A DNA stretch of 63,935 nucleotides, the filler included. It is 17 parts of 17 records of this genome, joined end to end, with 100 filler letters (N's around TTAATTAATTAA, not from the genome) between each part and the next. Parts side by side here need not be neighbours in the genome. Positions count along the whole stretch, not along the records: positions 26,138 to 29,435 come from SRR9670534_880; positions 29,536 to 36,752 come from SRR9670534_882; positions 36,853 to 39,371 come from SRR9670534_884; positions 39,472 to 43,089 come from SRR9670534_886; 13 more parts are not named here. One strand, 5' to 3'. The position numbers and the translations under genes were made by a program. Below, piece by piece: positions 26,444 through 39,536 of this stretch (the first letter of the stretch is position 1; the number at the start of each line of letters is the position of its first letter). The notes under the pieces were generated by a model. That model was given only the letters and a program-made list of their open reading frames with translations. It did not search any database and was not told where the DNA came from.

Positions 26444-28481
26444 ATAAAAACTACATGTGATGGAATTACATTTGCAGCTGGAATATTTAATTCTCAAAAT
26501 GTTTCTAATGCACACCTAGTATCAAGTGCAGCTTTGGAAATGATTGATATTCTTCTTACTGATAAAAATGAATATCAAAATGATAAAAGATCATATCTTG
26601 ATATTCAAATTGGTATTAGTACAGGATCTGCTATAGCTGGTATCATTGGTAAAGCATTACCTAAATACTGTCTTTTTGGCAAAGCAGTTTTAATTGCAAA
26701 GCAGTTGCAAACTTATTCTGATGGTATTAATATATATTCTAATTATAAGCTATTTTTAGCACTATTTTATAATATATATACAATATTTTATAGTACATAT
26801 ACTGAAATACTATATATACCATATTTATTTAAATACATGCCATGGCATAAGCTCTTTATGGCCATGGCATGTATTTTAAGTTAGGCCTTGGCAACTTGGC
26901 ATTTATTTGAGAAAGGTGTTATATTAAGGTAAATGTATATTGGTTTTAGCCAATAGGTACATTAAAAAACATATTATAGTCTAATTAAGAAAGGCTTATA
27001 ATTAAGAGAGGTATGTATTACAAATCTATACTTTTTAAATTGGCATTTATTTAAGAGAGGCATTATATTATGAAAGGCATATAATCAGATAAATATGGTA
27101 TATCAAGTATGTTTTAGCTAATAAAGTAGTAAAATCTTTAGATAAATTCTTTGTACTTTAAAGAATCAATAAGCTCTTTATACCTTTTTTAGATATAAAT
27201 AGGCCATTATTTTGATTATAGTTATTATGTATTCTTATAAAAAATTACAAAACATATATAGAAGTAAACTGGCTGTAATATTTGGTAAAGAGTTTTTAAA
27301 ATAAAATAAGTTAAGTTTGTAATTATATAGATATAATAGTCTTAAAAAATATAAATTGGTCAAACTTTTTTATTCTTATATTTTAAAGAAATTTAGCAGT
27401 AAACATAGATAGTTAATAGTTTATTCTTTTGTTAAACTGAAAGTTAAATGGGCTAAATTTAGTTTTTATATGGATTTATAATAAAGCTTGAGAAATAAAT
27501 AAGCCATTTTTTAGTTTTATTATTTTAGCTTTTGTTAACTTTTTAATGTTATAAAATGCACTTTCAAAATATACATTTTTAAAATAAAATAAGCTAATTT
27601 TAATAATATTTAATAAATACTGATAATAGTTTTTGAAAAATATAGATAATATAACTTAGTAAGTTTAACTTACCATTTAGTAGTATTATATATTAAAAAA
27701 ATTATTTACAATTTGTCTACTTAATAAAATAAAAATATTTTTTATTGTAAATATAATAATGCAATTCAAATTGAGCCTTTCAAACTAGCCTTTTAAACTT
27801 GCATTTTTATTTTTGATGTCTATTTTTAATAAATATACTATTTTAAATTTATTTAAAATATATTTAGTTTATTTAATATTTGATACCAAAAGTAGGCAAA
27901 ACTACTAACTATCTATAATTGTTACTAAATTTCTTTAAAATAGTAATATTAGTAAATAAAAAAAGAATGGCCTATTTATATTTTTTAATAGCTATTATAT
28001 AAACTTAATTAAAAAAATAATCTATTTTACTTTTATAAAATCCTATAGTAAATCTTATAGTTAATTTGCCTTTTTATATATTTTATAGTTTTTATGAAAA
28101 CAAAAACTTAAATTCAAAAAGTAAGTAATGGCTTATTTATATCTGGTTAACTAGAGAGCAAAGTATCAACATATGTAAATTCTTAATATATATGTAGTAC
28201 TAAACTTTAATAAAGTTATTAGTTATATATAATATTATAAATATTTAATATTATTGTTATATTAATAGTAATAATTTAGCTATGAATGTTCTTATTTGTG
28301 AAGAAACAAAAAGGATACTTGATAAGAATTATTCAGAATATGTTACAAAGTTTAATCAAGTTCTTAACTTAAATAAGGTATTATGTATATTATTATAAAT
28401 ATACAATTAAATTTATTTACAATTTTTTATTATTTTTAGAAAAATGCATTCTACAACAGCTATTGGCTATTCAAACATTAA
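26444..28481 (+). CDS. Divergent class III (guanylyl-type) cyclase domain, last 3 exons
   Basis: IKTTCDG..AALEM..IQIGISTGSAIAGIIGKALPKYCLFG..|AMNVLICEET..|KNAFYNSYWL. The frame is intact across introns 26724-28279 and 28378-28439. Confidence 0.8.
26815..27102. mobile_element. Decayed Tc1/pogo-type MITE
   Basis: Termini tataccatattta / taaatatggtata, an internal hairpin catgccatggc..gccatggcatg, and two ttggcatttattt.aga repeats. Confidence 0.55.
27173..28160. mobile_element. Decayed foldback element (about 1 kb) with long inverted arms
   Basis: 27191-27430 aligns to the reverse complement of 27890-28144. A third internal copy lies at about 27490-27650. Confidence 0.75.
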
Positions 28482-29535
28482 CTAACACTACTATACTTAT
28501 TATAATATTAATTTAGCATTTAGTATATAATGTTTTTTAATATAGTATATTTTTAAGCTTTATTGATATATATGTATCTATTTATATACCACATTAATAA
28601 CAACAAGTAGCTATAGCAGTTAAGTTGCATTTATATATGTAGTATAGCATTGTGTTTTATCAGTACTAATTTGTTACACTTAGTAGTATGTACTACTATT
28701 ATAGTATAATATGTTAATAATAAACATCTCTTGATTGAAATGCATATCAAATAATTGTGTAAGAATAAAATTGCTATTATATAACAATACATAATGTATG
28801 AAAAATTGTGAAAGATTTTTACTCTTCTCAACATTGATTTATTTATATGTATAAGATTTATTTTCCATATTGTTAGAACTACTACATAGTTATTAATAAA
28901 GGCTAGGTCTCATAAAATGCTTAATAATAATAAAGACTTAGGGTATTTTTAATAATAATGTGAAGTCTAAAGTTAAATAATAAAAGAATTATATGTAGAT
29001 TATTAATAATATAAGAGTTACTAATTTTTAAGGTAAGGGATCTCAACTGTAATTTTAGTGCATCTAAGTACATTGAATAGGTATGTGCGCATATCTGATA
29101 CCATCACAAACTTTGGAATTATAAATAGACTACCTACCATGGGTAATAAGTGACTTAGGTATTGTTGTAAGTAAACTATAGTTTGATCGTTTTGAAATTG
29201 GTACAATATTAATAATAGGACCAGTTACAAAATTTATACACAACATGTTTTTTTATTTATTTTTATGTACAAACATTTTATTTTTGTTTATTTTTATGTA
29301 CATACATTTTGTTTTTATGTATGTACACATGTATTTATTTGTATCCCTTTTTATTTCATGCTTTTCAAATTCCAGGAAAGAAATTTTTTGATCAAGGTCA
29401 TCTGATACTAGTGTTGGTCTGATATTTGATAAGTTNNNNNNNNNNNNNNNNNNNNNNNNNNNNNNNNNNNNNNNNNNNNTTAATTAATTAANNNNNNNNN
29501 NNNNNNNNNNNNNNNNNNNNNNNNNNNNNNNNNNN

Positions 29536-29794
29536 GTGGGATTCCTATGGGAGAGATTTCAGCATGAATTTCTGGCTGTATTCCAACAGGAATCCATGAA
29601 GGAAAATTCCTGCAGGATACCACCAGGATTCTTGTCGTGAAATTGGCAGGATTTCGTTAAGGATTTCTGCCTGGATTCTTTTCAAGGGATTCCTGGCGTT
29701 ACCTTGTCAGTGGTTTTCCTCTATAGAATCCATCCAGGTCTAGCTCACTAAATTTGTTTTGAGTCAGGATCCGAGTAGATACTCACACTAGGGA
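29536..29794. mobile_element. DNA-transposon end with subterminal ggattcc/ggaatcc repeats
   Basis: GC-richer repeat ending in cacactaggga. The same terminus is at 36886-36896, also at a contig start. Confidence 0.55.
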
Positions 29795-31319
29795 TATTCG
29801 ATATGAGTCATTTTATATTTTTCTTTTATTACCTATAGCTTTATTAAAATGTGCCAAAACTTATTATATTGTACAATAGTTTACTAAAAATATGTTTTTA
29901 GCTTTTAGCTTCATGAATGGTTGGTTTTTATTAAAACTATAGCACTTTAAAACTACTAGTATTTTACTATTGAAAAAGATACTTACATAAGTAAAGTTCC
30001 TAAAGTTATTGTATTATTAATCAATCTTACACGGCCTTTTTTCTTGATATTGACAAAAGGAGATAATGTCCCACCATATTTTTCCCTGACAATAAATGAA
30101 GGTTTCTTTCTCAACATTTCAAAGCAAAAGTGACTTAATTTGCACTATAACATGATAACATATGTAGTAAACACGGAGCCAAGGTTTTATTACTACTAAT
30201 AAAGACAGTCTGCTCGTCCAAGAATAGCCACAATGACAAACAGACAGACTGCAGTTACATGTTATACGCGTGTTTGTGACAATTTTTAGTCATTTAAAGT
30301 CAATTTTTAGTCAATTTTTAGTCATTTAGCCTATTATAATTATCATCATTTATAGTAATGTGTCAACCTGTACCTTGGGGGAGTCTAAAAAGTTCTTACA
30401 ATTGGTAAAAACCCAGAGTTTTGAATTTTAAAAACAGATGCCGCCTCGTATTATCCCCTTTAAGCTTCCAGTTACCATTATTAGTATAATTATGAATGCA
30501 CGTGCTTTCGCATTCACACAAGTGGGGAAATAATTAAATTTGCACTAATTAATAATTAGTAATATGTACTAATTAGTGATTGAAGATTGCCGGATTTTCC
30601 TATGGGATTTCTATAGTAAAATTAGTAGGTATTATATTATGCAATAAGGCGTAAAGTGGAGCATAAAAATTTTTTCGCTCTATTTGAAATCTTCTATCAG
30701 AGAATCTGTCATCAATCACCATCTAAACGTGGGTAGGCATGAATAATCGAGGGAAAAAACTTTGATTTTTTAGACCACCTTACTGATCCACCTACTGTGG
30801 AATGTATTATTTTAATAATAACAACATCTGTGCGTTAGTTGCATTTTACTTTTGTAATTTCAACTAATAATGATGAGTGTTGGTTATGATATTGTTATTA
30901 TTATTAATCAAAATATTTTTATAGCAAAAACATTATTATATGTAATTGATGTGTGGTAATTATTTTTTAAGTTAGAACATCTTTGATATTAATTTAAGGA
31001 ATTTAACTTAACATGTTTAAATTTAAATTGCATTTAAGAGCTCTTAAAGCTAGCTTTTGAAATTAGTTATTTAAATATCGAAAAAGACCTTTTAAATTTT
31101 GAAGTACCCAAAGACTAACTTATAAAAAGTGATGAAAATAACCACTTTTATATGATATTTGTCTAACAACATCAATTATTTAATATTGATTTTGCCTATT
31201 GATTATTATTAAGACAACATATGTAAACAAGTTATGACCAAATAAACAGTCAGAAAATAAATAATTAATCAAATAATGAAAAAATTATAACAAAATAAAT
31301 TTGAAATATTGGAACAGGA

Positions 31320-34300
31320 TCAGGCTTTACTGTTGTAAAGATCTTCCAAGATTCCAATCAGATATGGAATTCTTGTCATGTACTCCAGTTTGGTAATAGC
31401 ATTTACATCACTCTAAACAAATTTAAAAAATAAACTACCAATAGGAGCGACATCTTTATTTATTTTTAATAAGAACTTTGATATTTCCTACCAGTTCAAG
31501 CAAGTCTATGATCTGGTCTGCAATTAGATCTGATATGTTTTGGTGATTGACCAGTCTAATTATTTCCTTTAACTCTTGTCTGGTTACAAATCCAGAACCA
31601 TCCGTATCATGTGCATTGAACTCAGTCTACGAATGATAGCGATATCTTTTACTTGTTATGTTTAAATTACAATCTATAATAGGATTCATAGTATAATAAA
31701 TACCAAATAATGAAGAACTTCTTCCTTTGCGCTGAAACCTGTTTTATTTTGAACTTTATCAAATGCATCCTTTATGTTAGGTCTAAAATGATAAATTTTT
31801 TCAAAACTTACTTTATTATTATCAATATTATTATTGTCATCCAAAGTGTTTGGAAGTTACTTCAAATTTGTCATTTTTCTACCCAAGGTCACTAGTAGGG
31901 CAAATTCTTTCTTGCCAAAATAGCGAGACTGACTAGCCAATTGATAAATCTCAATAACAAGGTAAACATATATTAGATGAAAATGTGTATTTTTATGTAG
32001 AATTTGGAGGTACCATTTTAAGGTAGGAAACTTGATATTTCGTCAATGGTTTTGGTAAATGTAACTCAACTTGATCAAACCTTAGATGTCTAGAAAATAT
32101 AATCTTATTAATTATTACGTAAGGTTGCATAGTAATGGTTGCTTACCCGTTCTTGTCAATGTCAGCCTTTTCAAATTTAGAAGATAGTTGTTTTTCATCT
32201 TCGCTTGGCATCCATTCTTTTACGTTAAGTCCCTATATTTACCATTTATTAATTAATAATAATACTTATTAATAGTAAAATATGAATTTGAAATTAGTTA
32301 CCTTAAAAGGTGATGCTGATGAGCAACTAACCACGTCATCCTCATCAGGTACATCTAAGGTTTGATGAGCACATGTATCTTTTGGTTCGGAGTCACCTAC
32401 TTCTACATTTGTTGAAATATTTGCCAGTTTAAAACTTAAGAGTTGGTTTAAATTTTTGTGATCAAGTTTCTTGCTGCAAACAGTGCTGCAAAATAGTATG
32501 CTATTATAAATTATTAATAATTGCTGCGAAGAAGATTACACAATTGTTCTACATTCTTTACTTTGGTGGTGAAGTTTCAGTTATTGCTGTATTTTTTGGG
32601 TCTGGTAAAGCATCAGAAGAATTACTAGATAATAAGGTTATCCATGGTGAGAATAAATGATTATGCACAGTGAAAATAGCAAATTTAGCATATTTCGTAA
32701 AGCACATTTATTAAAAATATATAATAAACAATGCGTCATCATTATTATTAACAATAATTTACGAGATTTACAGAGTAAATTTTACGCCATGTAATTTACG
32801 TGATGTAAAGTACATTTGCCTCATCGTATTAATAGCACGGTATTACTGCTGGTACGGTTATCGTACTACGGTAGTACCATAATGGTACTATCATAGTACC
32901 ACTATCTAGTACAGTCTGCACACCGTACACATTGTGCAGCACACGTTGTAGTGCAATATAATCTACAATACGTACATTATATGATATATATGATAGTACC
33001 GAAAATGTTGTACGGTGGGTATTATGGTATCATGAACTGTAATATTACAGTATTATGTACTAAGTATTCTATCACAATATTAATACTATACTAAAAGTTA
33101 TAACTACTGTACTATTATACTATTCATAACTATTACTATAATTACAGTATTATTACAGTATTAATACAGTGGTATTAGTACTGTAATAATATTGCAATAT
33201 TATGTACTATTACAGTACTATTATAGTATTATTACAGTACTATTACAGTACTAATACTACTGTATTAGTAATGTAATAATACTGTAATAGTACTGTAATT
33301 ATAGATATATTACAGTACTAATACAGTAGTATTACAGTGCTATTATTACAGCATTATAATTATTACAGTATTATAATTACAATATAAGAGTATAAATACA
33401 CATAAATAATATGCTAGTACATAAATACATTATGAATAGTGGTAATTTACTATTACAATAAATACATTTTATACTGTTCCAATCTGAAAGAATCTGATCT
33501 TTCCTTGAGAAGAGAATTCTTCCTGCTAAGAGATTTCTTAGCCATTGCTTTTGACTTTAAAGTTATCGGTTCTAATTTTAAAACATTTGCACATTTTACC
33601 ATATCAATTTCATCATTGGCTGCCCTAACAAACATGATTTATAATAAATCCAACACAACAGTACAGTGTACTGAGTACACCAATTAAAATAATAACCATT
33701 TAAAACTGGCATTGATAGAGGTAATTTATGAAAAGTAATAATGAAATATAAATAACAACAAAATACAATTTTTTTCACAAAATAATAGCCATGCTAGTTA
33801 CAACTCACTATAATGATTATAGCATTATCATAAAACAAAAGATCAAATACGATAATGGGTTAATTAGTAGATGAAATAGACTACCTATAAGTGTTATTTT
33901 CACCAGAGAGTCTACTTTTACCCTCATTAGTCCACAAAAAATTCAGGCCCTTAAACATGCTTCTAACAGTTGGTGGCAATGGAATAGTTTTCAGCTTGTG
34001 GAATTCTATTATGTCACATTCTCTAAATTTTTACTATTATAATATTAATTATAAGAATTATTAATAATAATGATAATATTGCATAATTATTTACTATAAT
34101 GATAAAAATCACAATTATTATTAATAATACAAATAATTGAGTAGATATTAGTTGTTATTATTCATTATAATATAAAATATTATTTGATTATTGTTGTTAT
34201 ACAATATTATAGTACCTTGTATTATAATTATAATATTTTTTATATTATAATTATATAATTTTCGTATTATTTGGGTCTTTTTTTATTCTATAGGTATAGT

Positions 34301-35381
34301 ATAAACTATGTTCTATAGAGTATACTTATATATCGCTAAAGTCGTAATTGAAAATAAATTAAAATATCTATGATATAGTATGTTATACATTATAATATAC
34401 CATAACTGATATGCTATGTAGCAATGCTATAATATGCTACATTGTAGCATATTATAATATAATAATATACTATAATATGTTATAATACAGTACATTGTAA
34501 TATAATAATTACATATTATAATATGTTATAGTACAGTACATTATAGAGTATTGTATTATAGGTCCCACCCATTTGTTAACAAATTATATTACAGTATTTA
34601 AATTACATTATAATTGAAATAAGAGAACCTTTGCTCCAAAGGAATTTTCGATCCCAGTATAATGTCATTCGTATCCACAGTAATGTCAAAGTGTTCCTTG
34701 TCATTTTTCTTGAAACTGTTACCATTGTCATTGTAAACAAATGCCACATTCCTTTTGCTTTGGTACTAAATGTTATTAATTTTAATAACAATATTTAATA
34801 TGTAATAATGTAAATATTATTATTATTAATAATATATGATAGGTAGCCTATATCTGTTGACATAGGAAGCATTTGGTTTGGTGCAACCTTTTTGTTTCCA
34901 TCACTGTCAAGGGAGCGGTGTTGAAAATAGTTTTTCTCCAAAGCTCTACTATAGCTATTTGCAAATTTTGGTAAATAGCAATTCATATCCTGCAAAAAGT
35001 GAGATTTCTTTTTTTTTCATGAATGGTTGGTGGCATAGAGTAAAAAAATTAATAAACATAGTATTATAGGGATACTATTACCAGTATTAGAATGCTATTA
35101 ATATACTAATGTATTAATACATTAATATACAATTATACACTATATATTATCAAGTTAAACTACATTATTATTATTAAAGCAAACCATGTTATTATTATTA
35201 ATAAAACATTATTAACATATTAAAATATCAACATATATTATACACCATAGTCCATGGCATAGTAATATACTATAATCATAAACTATAGTATAATATTATA
35301 GTTATTGTTAATAAATTTTCATACCAATGTTTTCTTATGCACCAGGTACAATTGTCTTTGGTTTTTTCTGTGAATTAGCAT
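31320..35381 (-). CDS. Uncharacterised EF-hand protein (about 13 exons)
   Basis: Hand-spliced from MLIHRKNQ to ..DLYNSKA*. EF-hand loops FEKADIDKNG|HLRFDQV and FNAHDTDGSGFVTRQEL. Confidence 0.75.
32980..33395. repeat. Degenerate tattacagta minisatellite in an intron, with internal inversions
   Basis: Many tattacagta and tactgtaata units. Confidence 0.8.
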
Positions 35382-36231
35382 CTTTGTCAGTGCATGATGA
35401 AATATATGTTTTTTACTAATTTAGTTATTAATTTACTCCTTTTAATGTATTTGTGTTGAGTGTGACTGCTTTTATGTCTAAGTATTACAATGAAGCATCA
35501 CCACTTAAGCACATAGAGGTATGCCCTTCCTTAGGTTAATAATAATAATAATAATAATAAGGCCAAGCTCTTACTATTGATGTCACTGCTAATGTGGTAA
35601 TGCAGTATATTATATACTTACTTGTTGTCATAGTTACATGTAGGTTACAACAAAGATATGATGTGCTGCTCTGATGGTAGTAGTAAATAACATACTGTAG
35701 TAGATTCAATGGTAGTAGTGCTATAGCTATATCTATAGTAAGCTAGTATACTATCTATAGATTTATGTTTATTACTATGTTAAATAAATAGATATTTTTA
35801 ATAATAATAATTATTATAATAGACTTTCCTATTATCTTAAAAAATGTTGCAATTTACATTAGATAAGCTTAAAGCTTATTACACAATAGATGGTATTTAT
35901 TAGATAAAATAAATATGCTAATAATACAATAATTTATTAGATATAATATAATATACTAACTAATACAATGATAAAAAGTATATCTTAAAATATGTTATAA
36001 ATTACACCAAAAACTTAAAAGTTTATAATATGTATATTTAAGTTCAGTAATGTCCATCTATATTAGTAATACATGTATTAACACATATTTTTAACTTTTA
36101 ATGCATTATATTACTTGTTATTATTAATTAACAATATATTTAATAAAATTAATATATAATATTAGTTATATAATAGTTTATTTTTTAATAATTATAAATA
36201 ATATTTTTGTTTTTATATAGTATATAATCTG

Positions 36232-36505
36232 AATCAATCAATCAATCAGAATAGAGGAGGACAAACTCCTTTATGAAACCCTCTGTAAGGTAATCCTGTC
36301 ACAAGGGCAGGATTTCTTGACAAAACACCATGGCATTTATGTTATGGGTGATATGAACTACAGAACTGTAGATTGGTTCACAGGATCCTTTCCAGGAGCT
36401 CAAAATGAGGTCTTTAACAAATTCTTGCAGGATATGCTACTTGAAAATGTCCAATTCGCTCCCACAAGAGGTGAGAATAATCTTGATATATTTCTGACTG
36501 ATTGA
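36232..36505 (+). mobile_element. LINE (CR1-like) AP-endonuclease fragment
   Basis: IYVMGDMNYRTVDW..FAPTRGENNLDIFLT. Confidence 0.85.
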
Positions 36506-36911
36506 ATGCAAAAACATTTTTCTGTTTTGAAAATGTAATATATAAATATAAATTACTATAATTAATTTAGTATAATATTTCTAATTTATAATAAATTTAT
36601 TCTGTAATCTATTGTAATATCTTGATAACTACTATATTTACTTAATTAGAGTTTTTTTTAATTAAAGCTCTATCTTAAATAAAGTTCTTTCATAAATAAA
36701 GCCCTTATTCTAAAATACATAAACATATATAGAAAGTTGTTAATTAATACCTNNNNNNNNNNNNNNNNNNNNNNNNNNNNNNNNNNNNNNNNNNNNTTAA
36801 TTAATTAANNNNNNNNNNNNNNNNNNNNNNNNNNNNNNNNNNNNNNNNNNNNTCGTTTTCCTGGCGGATTCCCTTGTTATAAACGCACACTAGGGAGTTA
36901 ATTCAAGGATA

Positions 36912-37160
36912 AGAGGAGGTATTATCAAAGGTCTACCGCAAAGACATTACAAAGAAGCGAAAACGCTAATGGTTGCTATAGAAGATAATCCAAGTTGTTG
37001 CATCTGCCTTGGACTCCAGATCTCGGAGATTTTGAAAACGGTGAAATGGTAAGAACCTTGAAGTGCATACATGAAATGCATTTTGTGTGCGTGGATAAAT
37101 GGATAATGAAAGCTAACTCTTGCCCACTATGCCGCACAGTACAGACACCAGCTTATTATA
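36912..37160 (+). pseudogene. RING-H2 E3 ligase pseudogene
   Basis: CCICLG / DFENGEMVRTLKCIHEMHFVCVDKWIMKANSCPLCR is split by a 14-bp frameshifting insert. The 5' side abuts a transposon end. Confidence 0.85.
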
Positions 37161-38101
37161 ATAACTTATTATAATATATTAATAACTTAATTATTAGCTT
37201 ACTAATTATTACCCATAGGTATTAATAATAATTAACACGCATTATTAATTCAATTAAAGACTATTTATTGTTAGTACTATGAATAATAATGGTAATAAAA
37301 AGATTTTGAGGGAAATTTTTTATCTGTTGTGGTTGTTTTTATTATTATTAATTAACGAACAGTACTAGAGGGCTACTACTATTACTGCAAATATTTATTC
37401 TTCAATTTCGTACATTCACTGTTATGTATATGTATTCTGATCATTCCACTAATATTGTAAGTTGATTTGTATGCAATTGCTGCTTAATGGGCGACATCTT
37501 TCATTTATTTTACTATGCTTGACAAATCTCGCATAAAAATCTACCGTACTAACCTTGGAGAGCAAAAAATTTCGAAAATGCACTATTATTGAACAACCCT
37601 AATCATATACAGTACTGCTACAACTAATGTGGGAAGCAATCGCAGACTGTTATAATTGATAATAATAAATAATAGGACTCTTGTTCAGAAAAATAGCAGA
37701 CTGCTATTAGCAACTTGAAATATATAGCCATATAAAAACATTATATTCTATTATTCTATTAATTCATAGTATGAATTTCATACATAGACAATACTTAGCC
37801 AGGTGCCATAAAGATTGTTTTCTCTATTTTTTATTTTAATAATAGCTTTATATTATTTTATAATACTAATAGCACTGCAATGCTGAAATTCAAAAATAAA
37901 ATCGATCATGCACAGCCAGTGGCAAGGTGATGTCATGTACACATTATTTTCATAAGTTAATTAATTCTAATTACTCAGTTGACTTTGATCTGGTATTTCA
38001 TTACGCAGTAAAATTACTATTTATTAAAACCAGGAATAAATGCTTCTACATCAGCTCGATAATATATTTGCATAGCTTTTGGATAATTCTATTTCGACAT
38101 A

Positions 38102-39203
38102 ATGATGAGCAATACCCAAAAAGAAATTCATAGATTGTATCTAAAGAAACTTATACTAAATGTTTGCGCTGGTGCAGGAGTAGCTCTGCTTTGCCTTATA
38201 ACAATTCTCATGGTAAAAATTTGTATTGCAGCAAAACAAAAAAAGACTTCAGTGTGGAAAATAATTCTTGACTTCATCTTGACTTGTTGCTTTGCTGTAA
38301 GTAAAATATGTGTTTTTGAATTTTTTAATTTCTTTATAAATTCTTAAATTCATGCTTTCACAAATGTTAAAATAACATAAGAATAGGTTTATAAATTAAT
38401 ATAAACAAACACAGACTACATTACAGTAAATACATTAAATTATATGTTATGAACCAGCACTATTGTATTTATTCAAATATACTATATTTAATATAGCATA
38501 TTTATTCAAATATACTATATTAAATATAACATAATTCATAATAATCATTATACCTAATAAAAATGCTACTATATATATATATATATATTATACTACTATG
38601 GTATACAATATTCTGCTATAATATTATATGATATTGAACATTATTACAGTATATAGCATATCTATATGTTACTATGCCATATAACATAGTATCTTATTTT
38701 TCAATAATACATTGTAATACATTATATATTACAATATTATGTATTACTATTGTATTATATATATTAAGTTAAACATATTATAATACATTATAATATTACA
38801 ATATTATGTATTGCTATAATATACATTGTATTGTATATTATGCAATAGATTATATTGTTACTATAGTAATTATATATAATACAATATATTATCATTACTT
38901 TGTTAGACTGTTACAAAAAAGCGAAAATCGCGAACAATTTATTACGAAGGAAGTGAAGGTAGCGATATTAAAAATGAATTTCCCCAAAAAGTTCCTCTAA
39001 AGTTTGGCGCAAAAGGATGCAAAACAATTCCGATCGAAACTGTAGAAGAAACTGTTCTGGTAATTAATAATATTAATGATAATCCATATGATGATAAAAA
39101 TGACTATGTGAGTAATGGTAAAGATTCAGAGCAAATTTGGTATCAACCTGCCTCTAATAGTGCAATTAACACAGGAAGTCTGATTAATGGCACCCCTGTA
39201 TGA
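38102..39203 (+). CDS. Small membrane protein, 2 exons, with a C-terminal PDZ-binding motif
   Basis: Exons 38102-38296 and 38907-39203 join in phase 0. TM segment LILNVCAGAGVALLCLITILMV; ends GTPV*. Confidence 0.65.
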
Positions 39204-39536
39204 GACAAATGTATATTAATCACTAAAATTTGCAAAAAAATCGTGTCTTGCATTGATGTATTTTGCGTAATTACTTATTACATGTTATTAATAACCCATG
39301 TATGACTACTGTCATTATTATTGCTGTAATATCACTATCACTATTATTATTATTATTAATAATAAAGTTGTNNNNNNNNNNNNNNNNNNNNNNNNNNNNN
39401 NNNNNNNNNNNNNNNTTAATTAATTAANNNNNNNNNNNNNNNNNNNNNNNNNNNNNNNNNNNNNNNNNNNNCAATTAGTAGTGTAAGTTTTATAAAATTA
39501 TAATTTTTACGTAAAAAATATTGACGGCGTTTGTAG

